Shown one piece after another: positions 1 to 8,404 of a stretch of 32,000 nucleotides of DNA. The notes below the pieces were generated by a model. It worked only from the letters and a program-made list of their open reading frames with translations, ran no database searches and was not told where the DNA came from. The DNA is from Candidatus Jordarchaeales archaeon. GTDB taxonomy: Archaea > Asgardarchaeota > Jordiarchaeia > Jordiarchaeales > Freyrarchaeaceae. The translations under genes and the position numbers were made by a program. The DNA lies in assembly GCA_038858525.1 (NCBI GenBank), contig JAWCFL010000002.1:29987-61986 (forward strand). The letters are read 5' to 3'. Numbering within the stretch: the first letter of the stretch is position 1; each line of letters begins with the position of its first letter.

Positions 1-768
1 TTCTGGTGGGGTGAAGCTTGCTGGTAGGGCTCTGCTGGCTATCCATGTTAAGTCGGGTGGAACCCCCGCAACGTCATAGACGATCTCTGAGGTGCCACTT
101 GAGCTGAAGAAGAGGGTTACTCGGGAATTATTGTAGTCGTCACGCTCCGGTTTAAAGTCAGTTAAGTCTCCTCGAGATGAAGCTATGCTAATGAAGTATG
201 GGTCAGGATGCAGAGTTGGGAGTACCGTTGATGATATGGTGTTGTGGCTTAAGTTCATTCTAACGGTGAAGAATTGGGCGTTTGGGGGAAGAGAGGAGGG
301 GGACGTTAAGCTTATCGGGTAGGTTCCAAGCTGTGTTTTAAACCAGTCTCCTTCACCATAGTAGTCGAACGTGGATACCTTCCAGTACTGGTGAGGGTAG
401 TTTGAGCTGTGCGGCTCCACTACCATGATCACCATGGAGGGATCAATAAGGCCGGAGGCAAATTCGTGAGTTGGAGGTATGTAGTCTATTGGTATGTTTC
501 GCAGCTCTTCCGGTATTTCAAAGGGTGGAGGGTTCTTGAACATCTGCGTCAGCCAGTCCATATCTAGTCTAATGGTTATCGGGGAGGATAAATGGTAAGG
601 TATATGATGAAAATAGCTTAAAAAAAGGGAGTTTAATTGGGAGGAAAGACCACCTTGCATGTTTAACGTCGCCAGTAATGTTGCCAGAAGAGGGTAGCCT
701 GCCATGGCGCTTACGATCAAACCAGCTAGTAGTAGCGCGATCAACGCCTTCTTCGCTTTGGACGCCAT
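1..768 (-). CDS. Membrane-anchored/secreted TgpA (DUF3488)/transglutaminase-like protein, N-terminal 256 aa; runs off the window start
   Basis: Not in the ORF track; translated by hand. ATG at 768-766 has GGAGG 5 nt upstream and the frame is open to position 1. N-terminus MASKAKKALIALLLAGLIVSAMAGYPLLATLL is basic then hydrophobic. YWKVSTFDYYGEGDW resembles the YWR..xFD.Y.G..W motif of TgpA-type proteins. The catalytic domain is not in the window, so the family call is tentative. Confidence 0.7.
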   Translation of the reverse strand, partial: MASKAKKALIALLLAGLIVSAMAGYPLLATLLATLNMQGGLSSQLNSLFLSYFHHIPYHLSSPITIRLDMDWLTQMFKNPPPFEIPEELRNIPIDYIPPTHEFASGLIDPSMVIMVVEPHSSNYPHQYWKVSTFDYYGEGDWFKTQLGTYPISLTSPSSLPPNAQFFTVRMNLSHNTISSTVLPTLHPDPYFISIASSRGDLTDFKPERDDYNNSRVTLFFSSSGTSEIVYDVAGVPPDLTWIASRALPASFTPPE

Positions 769-1186
769 TTAATCCTCCACCGCAGAAGGGAACCTCCGAT
801 ACTAATTCTGGTTCCATTTACTAAAATAAAATTTCTAGAAAAAAAGACCATAACGTAATAATAGAATTATTTTTATTGTGAAAAACATTAACTTATTGGT
901 GAAGTCGCAAAGATGAGCTGTAGAAATCCAGTATTCTAAAAACGCGGTGGAAGGAAAATTCTTTTTTAGGACAACGACTTTCTTGAAAGCGTATTAATGT
1001 TAGCCATAAAGGTTGGGGAGTTAAACTTTTTTACCTTTTGTTAGTTTATTGAATTCTGGAGAGAATAAATGTTTCAGTTGAGTATAGCGGAAGGTGGATG
1101 TTCAGGTAGGATGAGCAGGATTATCTTTGTCATTCTATGATTAGGTGCCTTTCCCTATATTTTCTCGTGTTAATTAGCGTTGTTGA

Positions 1187-1236
1187 AACTTCACGGCGGA
1201 GGTGGTATGAACTTCACGGCGGAGGTGGTATGAACT
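1187..1236 (+). repeat. Perfect 23-bp tandem duplication (AACTTCACGGCGGAGGTGGTATG x2, plus 4 nt)
   Basis: Read directly: copies at 1187-1209 and 1210-1232, then AACT. Each unit contains GGAGGTG and an ATG. Confidence 0.95.
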
Positions 1237-1345
1237 AAAAAGCCGAGGACTTTTAACTTTTGTTATAAAATGGTAAGTTTGTTCATAGGCTTCCGGGTCT
1301 TATTTATTTATGTCAGCTCGAGGAGTTTGGTGGGTGTTGTGATTT

Positions 1346-2689
1346 GTGGAGGGTGTGGAGGTGACTGTTAGCCGAGAAGTTGCTGCGGAAGTTCTCCGTA
1401 GGTTTGAGGATGTTAGAATGAAGGGGTCTCTTAGGTCTCTCATTTATGGTGTGATAGAGGAGTTTAATGTTAGTGATGTGAAAGTTAGGACTAGTGCTTT
1501 CGGACTTGTTGTAGAGACGGTTAAGAGGATGAACACGGTGGACTTTATCCTTCAAAGGGCTGTTGGGGGAAAGGAAAAGTTCAGGTCGCTTGACCCTTTC
1601 GTTAGAAACCTGCTTAGGGTGGCTACATTAGAGCTTAAAATTAGCCAGAGCCCGGTTGACGTGGAGAGAAAGGTTTACGGGCTGTTGCTGAGAAGGGCAG
1701 GCAAAGCGGAGGCTGCTGAGGCTCGGAGGATATTGAAGAGGGTTAAAGCTTTCTCTTTAGAAGAGGCTTTGAAGAGGCGAAGCAAACTGGAGAAGCTTAG
1801 TATTTTGTATTCTCACCCGTCATTCTTCATCAAAAGAATTATGGGTCTTCTAGGTGAGGGGGAAGCTTTAGAATTAATGAAGGCGAACCTTTCGAGCAAG
1901 GTGATCTGGTTTAGGGTTAACAGGTTGAAGATGAACGTCGAGGACGCGCTGGCAACCTTTGAGAGGGATGGCGTTCGTGTGGAGGGGGATAAGGACTTCC
2001 CTGCGTTGTTCCGGCTTGTTGACGCCGAAATTCCCTTACCCCTGACACCATACTTTGACGACAGGAGAATTATTGTTCAGGATAAGGCGAGCGTTGCAGC
2101 TGTTTACGCCCTTGACCCCCGTCCCGGTGAAAGGGTGCTCGACGCTTGCGCTGCTCCCGGAATGAAGACCGCACTTATAGCGGAGCTTATGGAGGGGGAG
2201 GGAGAGCTGACTGCCGTGGATATCTCGGCGGAGAGAGCACGTCGCATGGAGCGCATCCTTGACCTCTCAGGGGCTTCCAATGTCAAAATAATGGTTGCGG
2301 ACTCTAGGACGCTGACTGGAGAGTATGACAAGGTGCTTGTGGATGCCCCTTGCACCTCAAGCGGAACCTTTGCATCGACCCCCGAGGCGAAATGGAAACT
2401 CGATGAAAAACAAATAGGTAGTTATACTTCAATTCAGAAAGCGCTACTCGAGAATGCGCTTAAACTTGTCAGAGAGGGAGGAGTGGTGGTTTATTCGGTT
2501 TGCTCCATTTTCCCAGAGGAGGGAGAGGAAGTGGTTGACAGCGTGCTGGGAAGGGCTGAACTCATCGAGTTAAGCATACCAGGGGAGAAAGGGTATGATG
2601 GGTTTGAATGCTCGTCGATGGTTAAGCGGTTCTTTCCGCACAAGCATCAGACTAATGGGTTTTTCATAGCGAAGCTCGCTCCAGCATGA
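1346..2689 (+). CDS. RsmB/NOP2-family RNA (cytosine-C5) methyltransferase with NusB-like N-terminal domain
   Basis: DACAAPGMKT (SAM-binding), DAPCTSSGT (motif IV) and YSVCS (motif VI). Helical N-terminus with RNLLRVATLEL. No PUA domain. Exact GTG start uncertain. Confidence 0.92.
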   Translation: MEGVEVTVSREVAAEVLRRFEDVRMKGSLRSLIYGVIEEFNVSDVKVRTSAFGLVVETVKRMNTVDFILQRAVGGKEKFRSLDPFVRNLLRVATLELKISQSPVDVERKVYGLLLRRAGKAEAAEARRILKRVKAFSLEEALKRRSKLEKLSILYSHPSFFIKRIMGLLGEGEALELMKANLSSKVIWFRVNRLKMNVEDALATFERDGVRVEGDKDFPALFRLVDAEIPLPLTPYFDDRRIIVQDKASVAAVYALDPRPGERVLDACAAPGMKTALIAELMEGEGELTAVDISAERARRMERILDLSGASNVKIMVADSRTLTGEYDKVLVDAPCTSSGTFASTPEAKWKLDEKQIGSYTSIQKALLENALKLVREGGVVVYSVCSIFPEEGEEVVDSVLGRAELIELSIPGEKGYDGFECSSMVKRFFPHKHQTNGFFIAKLAPA

Positions 2690-2745
2690 AAAGAAAAGCA
2701 TTAGAGGGGAGAATGAAGCATAATTGGTTTTTAGGAGGACGCGGT

Positions 2746-3666
2746 ATGACTTCCAAGGTGACCGTCGTTGTTCCGACGTATAATAGGGTTAACCACGTTG
2801 TCGAGTGTTTAGAGAGCGTTTTCAGGCAGAAACCTGATTGGTGTAGTGTTCTAGTTATTGATAATCTTTCTGATGATGGAACAGGTGAGCTTCTGAGGGA
2901 AAGGTATGGTTGGCGCGGCGACTTTAGACTTGTGTCTCCTTCTAGGAGAATAAGTATAGCTGAAGCGAGGAACTACGGATTGAGGGAAGCTGAGGGCGAT
3001 GTTGTGGTCTTCATAGATGACGACTGCGTCGCCTGCGATGGATGGCTTGAAAACCTGGTTTCACCTCTCCGCTTAGATGAAAGCATAGGTTGCGTGGGTG
3101 GAAGAATAAGGCCGATTTTTCTCGGGCAACCTCCAAGGTGGCTGAGAAGGGACGTTTACGGGTTGCTGGGTTTAACTGACTGGGGGGACTCAGCCAAGGA
3201 CATTTTTTTCCCGATTGGGGGCAATATGGCGCTTAGGCGTGAAGTTGCTATGAAAGTCGGAGGCTTTCAGGAGAAGCTGGGACCGAGGGGTGTCAAACTT
3301 TTCGGGGAGGAGATCAGCATTAGTGAGAGGTTGAGGAAGGCAGGCTACAGAGTGGTTTATGAGCCGAGAGCAGTAGTTTTACATAAATTATGGGGAGAAA
3401 GGCTCAGTCTTAGGAGCGTTGCTGAGAGGGCGTACATGATAAGTATGGGGGACTATTTTCTCTTTGGGCGTTCAATAGGCAGGATTGCAGTGAACCTAGG
3501 AATACTGTTTGGGTCAGCGTTAGGGTATACTTTCTACCATCAGAAAAACCTGATCTGCCACTTTTTCTACGCGTTAGGATACCTTGCCCCCGCGCTTGCA
3601 GGTAGAGACCCTGTCTCCATCCTCGACCAGCTTCTCTCCGCGCTAAGTCGACTGGTGGGGGAATAA
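2746..3666 (+). CDS. Glycosyltransferase family 2 (GT-A fold) with C-terminal hydrophobic segments
   Basis: VVVPTYNR, DNLSDDGT, ARNYG, FIDDDC (DxD), GGNMALRR, GEE. ATG at 2746 follows AGGAGG; the ORF track starts upstream at 2686. Confidence 0.92.
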   Translation: MTSKVTVVVPTYNRVNHVVECLESVFRQKPDWCSVLVIDNLSDDGTGELLRERYGWRGDFRLVSPSRRISIAEARNYGLREAEGDVVVFIDDDCVACDGWLENLVSPLRLDESIGCVGGRIRPIFLGQPPRWLRRDVYGLLGLTDWGDSAKDIFFPIGGNMALRREVAMKVGGFQEKLGPRGVKLFGEEISISERLRKAGYRVVYEPRAVVLHKLWGERLSLRSVAERAYMISMGDYFLFGRSIGRIAVNLGILFGSALGYTFYHQKNLICHFFYALGYLAPALAGRDPVSILDQLLSALSRLVGE

Positions 3667-3667
3667 C

Positions 3668-4825
3668 TTGGATCTGTTGACGGCGTTCTACATAGTTTTT
3701 TGTCTCTTCTACTTGCTCTTACCCTCAACATACTTAGCCACAGCCATAATGTCTCTAGCTAGGCGAAAACAACACTATACGGTAGACGGTGAGTTGCCTT
3801 CAGTAACTGTGCTTGTTCCCACGTTTAATGAAGGAAACTCGGTGAGAAGAATCATAAAGGGCTTGGAGACGATCGAATACCCAGAAGATAAACTCGAAAT
3901 AGTGTTTATAGATGACTCTGATGATTCCACGTCAGAAATAATAAATGAGTTCGCCTCCCGGAAGAGTAATGTGCGCGTTTTGAAGAGGGGAGGACGCCTC
4001 GGCAAGCCTTCCGCTCTTAACGATGGCTTAGCAGCGTCAAGGGGAGAGGTCGTGGTGGTGTATGACGCTGACTCTGCGCCTCATCCTTCCTCCCTAAAGA
4101 AGCTGGTGTCCTCTTTGGGTGGGGATGTAGTGGCTGCTCAAGGCGGCTACGAAGTTGAAGTGAGGAACACGCTCAACAAAATCGTTGACCTTGAATACAC
4201 CCTGTGGCAAGGAAGTCAGCTTGTCGCGGTCCCAGTAATAGTAGGCTACAATTACGCGGTTAAGAGAAGCTACTTGGAAGAGATTGGAGGATGGGACGGG
4301 AATGCGCTTGCAGAGGACCACGTCTTGTGGTACAGAATATACTCTGACGAGAAGAGGATAAGGTACGTGGAGGACGCGAAGGTCAAGGTTCTAGAGCCGC
4401 TCACGCTTAAAGAGCTTGAAAAGCAGAGGGTTAGGTGGAGCAAAGGTTCTATTCAAGCAACAGAAAAGATCATTAGAAGAGCTAAGAGGCGCTTGATGCC
4501 TAAACCTCATCTGCTTAACTTCTTGGCTTATACCTCACGCTATTCCGCTCCATCGCAGGCAGCCTTTTCGCTTGTAGCATTGGCCTTGATCTTAACTTTT
4601 TCGCTCATCTTTCCGCAAACCAAAGAACTGCTCTATCCTCTCATCTACATTTTTCTCTCAGCAGTAGTGGCCACCTTCGTCGCGAGCCTTCTTTTCTGCG
4701 TGCGGATGGGAAAGGTGTCACGTTGGCTTTACTTCGTACCCCTTTCTTTCTTAGTTATGTACCAGAACATTCTCTTCTTTCTGGTTAGAAGGAAAGAGGT
4801 TTCTTGGGAAAAAGTTCAAAAGTAA
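3668..4825 (+). CDS. Membrane-embedded processive-type GT2 (cellulose synthase/PgaC-like)
   Basis: N-terminal TM helix, VLVPTFNE, DDSDD, GKPSALN, YDADS, AEDH and QRVRW (QxxRW), followed by 2-3 C-terminal hydrophobic helices. TTG start 1 nt after the upstream stop. Confidence 0.9.
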   Translation: MDLLTAFYIVFCLFYLLLPSTYLATAIMSLARRKQHYTVDGELPSVTVLVPTFNEGNSVRRIIKGLETIEYPEDKLEIVFIDDSDDSTSEIINEFASRKSNVRVLKRGGRLGKPSALNDGLAASRGEVVVVYDADSAPHPSSLKKLVSSLGGDVVAAQGGYEVEVRNTLNKIVDLEYTLWQGSQLVAVPVIVGYNYAVKRSYLEEIGGWDGNALAEDHVLWYRIYSDEKRIRYVEDAKVKVLEPLTLKELEKQRVRWSKGSIQATEKIIRRAKRRLMPKPHLLNFLAYTSRYSAPSQAAFSLVALALILTFSLIFPQTKELLYPLIYIFLSAVVATFVASLLFCVRMGKVSRWLYFVPLSFLVMYQNILFFLVRRKEVSWEKVQK

Positions 4826-4873
4826 ACTGGCTCAATAATCCATGTTGGTTCACTCCTGTTTAGGAGGGTTTTC

Positions 4874-6784
4874 TTGTCTAGGGTCGGAGTTTTCAGAGTT
4901 GAAAGAGGAAACGTTGAGGAGGCAGTGAGGAGGGCTATAGATGCTGTTGGGGGAGTTGACGTTGATCGAGGAGAAGAAGTCATCGTTAAGCCCAACATAG
5001 CATTCCACAAGGATCCCTATGGAGCGATAAACACAGACCCCCTAATTCTAGATGCAGTATTGAAAATTTTGAGAGAACATACTAGCAGAGTTGTTGTTGT
5101 AGAGAGCGACAGCACTTCGAACTATGCTGAGGTGAGGGCTGAGCAGAGCGGCATCATGGAGGTTGTCCGCAGAAATGATGCGAAGTTCGTGAACCTCAGC
5201 AAGGACGAGATAGTCCACGTAACGGTGGCAGGACGCACGCTCCGCCTTCCGAGAACAGTCGTTGAGGCACAATATCTCGTGAATGTGCCTAAACTTAAAA
5301 CGCATGAGGACACCGTCATAACGGTCGCACTAAAGAACATGTTTGGTGTTCTGCCGGAGAAGAATAAGGCAGTCTTCTATCACCCCATTTTGGAAGAGGT
5401 AATACCTTTAGTTAACGCGGCTTGCAAGCAGAACCTTATAGTCGTAGATGGATTAACGGCTATGGAAGGCAGAGGACCTATTGCAGGCTCCCCGGTCACC
5501 ATGAATCTGGTTATGAGTGGACGCGACCCTGTGACCGTGGACGCCGTAGCCGCTCATATAATGGGGTTTAACCCTAAAAAGATCAAGATAATAACGAAGA
5601 CATATGACCTAGGTATAGGCGAGATAGACCTCGAAAAAATAGAGATTGTAGGGGAGCCCGTTGAGCGCGTAGCTAGAAAATTCAGGGCTCCAAGGGCGGT
5701 GACGGGAGTTATAGCTGATGGAACAATGGCTCTCAGGGTACTCTTCCTTAACACGGCAACACCGCAGCCAGTAGGCAAGAAAGTTAGAGTAGGAGTGATA
5801 GGTTGCGGAAAAATAGCGGAGTATCTTCACCTCCCCGGATATAACGGGTTGACTAATGTTGAGATCGCAGCGGTAGCTGACCTAAACGAGGAACGGTTAG
5901 AATATGTGAAGCGCAAGTTTGGAGTCACCCGCACATATACCGACTACACTTGTCTTTTAGAAGACAAACAGATAGATGCCATTTCAATATGTACCCCTCC
6001 GCATCTCCACAAACAAATGACTGTAGAAGCTGTTGAGCACGGGAAACATGTGCTCTGCGAAAAGCCGTTGGCTACAAGCACAAAGGAAGCATACGAACTC
6101 CTTAATGAAGTCGGTAATAGCAAGTTCTTTGTGATGCCCGCATTTAACTATAGATTCACTCCAAGCGTCAGAATGGTTAACGAAATAATTTCTCGCGGAA
6201 AAATAGGGAAAGTGAAGAGCGCAATGGTGACTTTCAAGAGCGACCAGAGAGTCTGGAACGCTGTCACGCCATTCAGGTTCATCGAGAAGAGCGGTGTACT
6301 CTCAGACCTAGGACCACACGTCATAGACATGCTCCACTACTTTTTGGGAGACGTCGACAAAGTAAACGACATTAAAGCGAGGGCAGAAAGATACGGAGTA
6401 TACGATAGAGTCAACATTGACTTAACTATGCAGAACGAAGCGGAAGTTAAGGTGGGACTACACTGGTTCTCTGACAGCATAATACCATCATTTCAATGGA
6501 AAATAGAGGGGACAAAAGGCACCATAAAGTTTGACGTCCTCCGGTCACCTTACGCCGTTAACATAAGCTGGGATGGAAAAAGATGGCAACGCTACGCTGT
6601 GGAACATATACTTAAGGATATAACGGATAAGGTCGTTATGGCCGTGAAGAGAACCCACTACTCATACTCGGCGGAGATAAACTACTTCGTCCAGTGCGTG
6701 GCAAACAAAACGCCACCCTCACCAACACTACTCGACGGAGTTAAGTGTGTGGAAACCATGGAGCGCATAAGCCAGAAAATCTAA
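4874..6784 (+). CDS. Fusion of an N-terminal DUF362 domain and a C-terminal Gfo/Idh/MocA NAD(P)-dependent oxidoreductase
   Basis: DUF362 motifs IVKPN, NVPKLKTH, ALKNMFG, DGLTAMEGRGP and DPVTVDAVAA. Then RVGVIGCGKIA, CTPPHLH, KHVLCEKP, FNYRF and DLGPH. One continuous 636-aa frame; AGGAGG before the TTG start. Confidence 0.88.
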   Translation: MSRVGVFRVERGNVEEAVRRAIDAVGGVDVDRGEEVIVKPNIAFHKDPYGAINTDPLILDAVLKILREHTSRVVVVESDSTSNYAEVRAEQSGIMEVVRRNDAKFVNLSKDEIVHVTVAGRTLRLPRTVVEAQYLVNVPKLKTHEDTVITVALKNMFGVLPEKNKAVFYHPILEEVIPLVNAACKQNLIVVDGLTAMEGRGPIAGSPVTMNLVMSGRDPVTVDAVAAHIMGFNPKKIKIITKTYDLGIGEIDLEKIEIVGEPVERVARKFRAPRAVTGVIADGTMALRVLFLNTATPQPVGKKVRVGVIGCGKIAEYLHLPGYNGLTNVEIAAVADLNEERLEYVKRKFGVTRTYTDYTCLLEDKQIDAISICTPPHLHKQMTVEAVEHGKHVLCEKPLATSTKEAYELLNEVGNSKFFVMPAFNYRFTPSVRMVNEIISRGKIGKVKSAMVTFKSDQRVWNAVTPFRFIEKSGVLSDLGPHVIDMLHYFLGDVDKVNDIKARAERYGVYDRVNIDLTMQNEAEVKVGLHWFSDSIIPSFQWKIEGTKGTIKFDVLRSPYAVNISWDGKRWQRYAVEHILKDITDKVVMAVKRTHYSYSAEINYFVQCVANKTPPSPTLLDGVKCVETMERISQKI

Positions 6785-6818
6785 GGAAAATAGCGATAAA
6801 GAAGATCCTATGTTACGT

Positions 6819-7097
6819 TTATTTTTCTTGTCCTAGGTTTCTCGTGATAATGTCTCTAATTACGCTAACTGGCTTAAACCCGAAAATAACCTCTTTCCCC
6901 GCTATAACAAGGGCAGGCACTCCTTTAATGCCATACTGGTCTGCGAGCCTCTTTGCCTTCGGATCATAGATGTTGTGCACACGCCACTCGACCGAGTCGC
7001 TTAGCTCACGCATAAGGGGGTTAATCACAAGTTTCATGAAGTTTCTGCACTCCTCGCTTGTGGGGCTGAAAAAATAGTCAACCACTATTCTTGTCAA
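6819..7097 (-). CDS. Small thioredoxin/glutaredoxin-fold protein with an SxxC (SEEC) active site
   Basis: YFFSPTSEEC aligns by eye with the FxSPTCPxC of archaeal Trx-like proteins. The cis-Pro loop YGIKGVPALVI is conserved. Confidence 0.8.
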   Translation of the reverse strand: MTRIVVDYFFSPTSEECRNFMKLVINPLMRELSDSVEWRVHNIYDPKAKRLADQYGIKGVPALVIAGKEVIFGFKPVSVIRDIITRNLGQEK

Positions 7098-7740
7098 TGC
7101 TCAGCCTCCACGGAACACTTTTAACGCGTACAAAGTGAGGCGATTTAGACCTTTCAACCTCAACAAGCCCAGCCTCCTCCAATTCCTTAATATACTTTAT
7201 TAGCTTCGCCTTGGAAAAGCCCAGTTTCTCGGATAGTTCACTATAGCTTCCCCCTCCAGCCTCATCCAAAGTAGCCAGAACCCTGTACTTCTCATCCTTA
7301 GCTAGGAGCTCTCTCAAGCGAGTTCCATGTTCCCTTATTTCTTTCTCAAGTTCTTCCACCACCGCCTCAAGCTCCCTTATCCTCTGCATCGCCTTATAAC
7401 GCTCTGCCGGATCTCTAACCGACCTAAAGAGCTCCTCAGACACCTCATCCAACTTTCGGACATCTTTTACTTCGCCCAATAAGAGTTGCATGTGCTTTAG
7501 CGCGGTAACAATCACCTTATCAGATAACTCTTCAATAAGCTCATTAACGAACCCCTCAATTTTGATCAGAAGCTTGTTGAGCTCAGCTCTCCCGAACACT
7601 TCGTCTCGTCCGCCAAGCAATTCTTTAGCAAGCTTGTCGAAAAAGACGCTGGTATACTTTTTCAGTTCCCCCTTAAAGCCGCTCATTTCAGCGGTAAACC
7701 TCAACGCGACACCATGCAGCGAGCCACCGTACTCGCTCAT
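7078..7740 (-). CDS. Helical/coiled-coil protein with a C-terminal winged helix-turn-helix domain (putative DNA-binding regulator)
   Basis: Heptad-like RIRELEAVVEELEKEIREHGTRLRELL, then YRVLATLDEAGGGSYSELSEKLGFSKAKLIKYIKELEEAGLVEV (ArsR/MarR/TrmB-type wHTH pattern). Confidence 0.75.
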   Translation of the reverse strand: MSEYGGSLHGVALRFTAEMSGFKGELKKYTSVFFDKLAKELLGGRDEVFGRAELNKLLIKIEGFVNELIEELSDKVIVTALKHMQLLLGEVKDVRKLDEVSEELFRSVRDPAERYKAMQRIRELEAVVEELEKEIREHGTRLRELLAKDEKYRVLATLDEAGGGSYSELSEKLGFSKAKLIKYIKELEEAGLVEVERSKSPHFVRVKSVPWRLSIDKNSG

Positions 7741-7819
7741 TCACAACACCCTTTCCCTTTCCAAGCAATCTTATAACAACTCTAATTAATATATTTCCGA
7801 AAAATGGGGGTGAAAATAA

Positions 7820-8344
7820 TTGAAGAAGATCCTTGTAACAGGACCGCCTGGGTCTGGGAAAAGTTTTCTCGCCGCTAAGGTCATTGAGAGAGCACATAGC
7901 AAAGGACTAACGGTAGGAGGGATCGTCACACCCGAGGTAAGAGAGGGAGGGACGAGAAAAGGGTTTTTGATTGTGGACTTGCTCACAGGCGAAAAGGCGG
8001 TGATGGCTAAGATCGGGGAGGGCTCACCTAGAGTGGGAAAGTATGTTGTAGACACTAACTCCATCGCAACCTTAGGGGTTAAGGCGCTGAGAAGAGCCAT
8101 CGAAGAAGCTGACGTTATCGTAATAGATGAGATAGGTAAAATGGAGTTGCTGGTGGAAGGCTTCGCGCATGCTGTCCGAGACGCCGTGAACTGCGGCAAG
8201 CTATTTCTAGGAACAATCGGGATGAAGCTTGAGCATCCGCTGGCCCGAGAGCTTAAAGCGAGAAAAGACGTGGAATTAGTCTTCTTAAGCCGTGAAAAAT
8301 GGCAGGAAAAGTACGAGTACATTTTGAGGGAGCTCGAAATATAG
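7820..8344 (+). CDS. THEP1-family nucleoside triphosphatase (NTPase_1)
   Basis: GPPGSGKS Walker A, GGIVTPEVREGGTRKGF, VGKYVV, and VIDEIGKMEL Walker B. Confidence 0.93.
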   Translation: MKKILVTGPPGSGKSFLAAKVIERAHSKGLTVGGIVTPEVREGGTRKGFLIVDLLTGEKAVMAKIGEGSPRVGKYVVDTNSIATLGVKALRRAIEEADVIVIDEIGKMELLVEGFAHAVRDAVNCGKLFLGTIGMKLEHPLARELKARKDVELVFLSREKWQEKYEYILRELEI

Positions 8345-8404
8345 TAAAAGTTCAAGACAATAATGGAAGAGGGAATTAGTGATTTACGGTTTGCCTGACG
8401 TATT

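Noticed and set aside
569-817. 82-aa minus-strand ORF in the track
   Set aside because: It overlaps, out of frame, the much longer 768-to-edge ORF that has an SD, signal sequence and family motif.
832-989. TTCnnGAA-type palindromes (832-841, 978-989) and AATAAT-aga-ATTATT (857-871) as operators
   Set aside because: Short and AT-rich in a very AT-rich spacer, so compatible with chance.
1187-1236. 23-bp repeat as a CRISPR remnant
   Set aside because: The copies abut with no spacer, there are only two, and no cas genes are present.
7040-7060. Selenocysteine recoding in the thioredoxin-like active site
   Set aside because: The codon at the first Cys position is AGC (Ser), not TGA.
7078-7740. 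CdvB/ESCRT-III identity for the helical plus wHTH protein
   Set aside because: The N-terminal region shows no recognisable Snf7 core pattern or basic/acidic charge split, and no cdvA/cdvC genes are adjacent.
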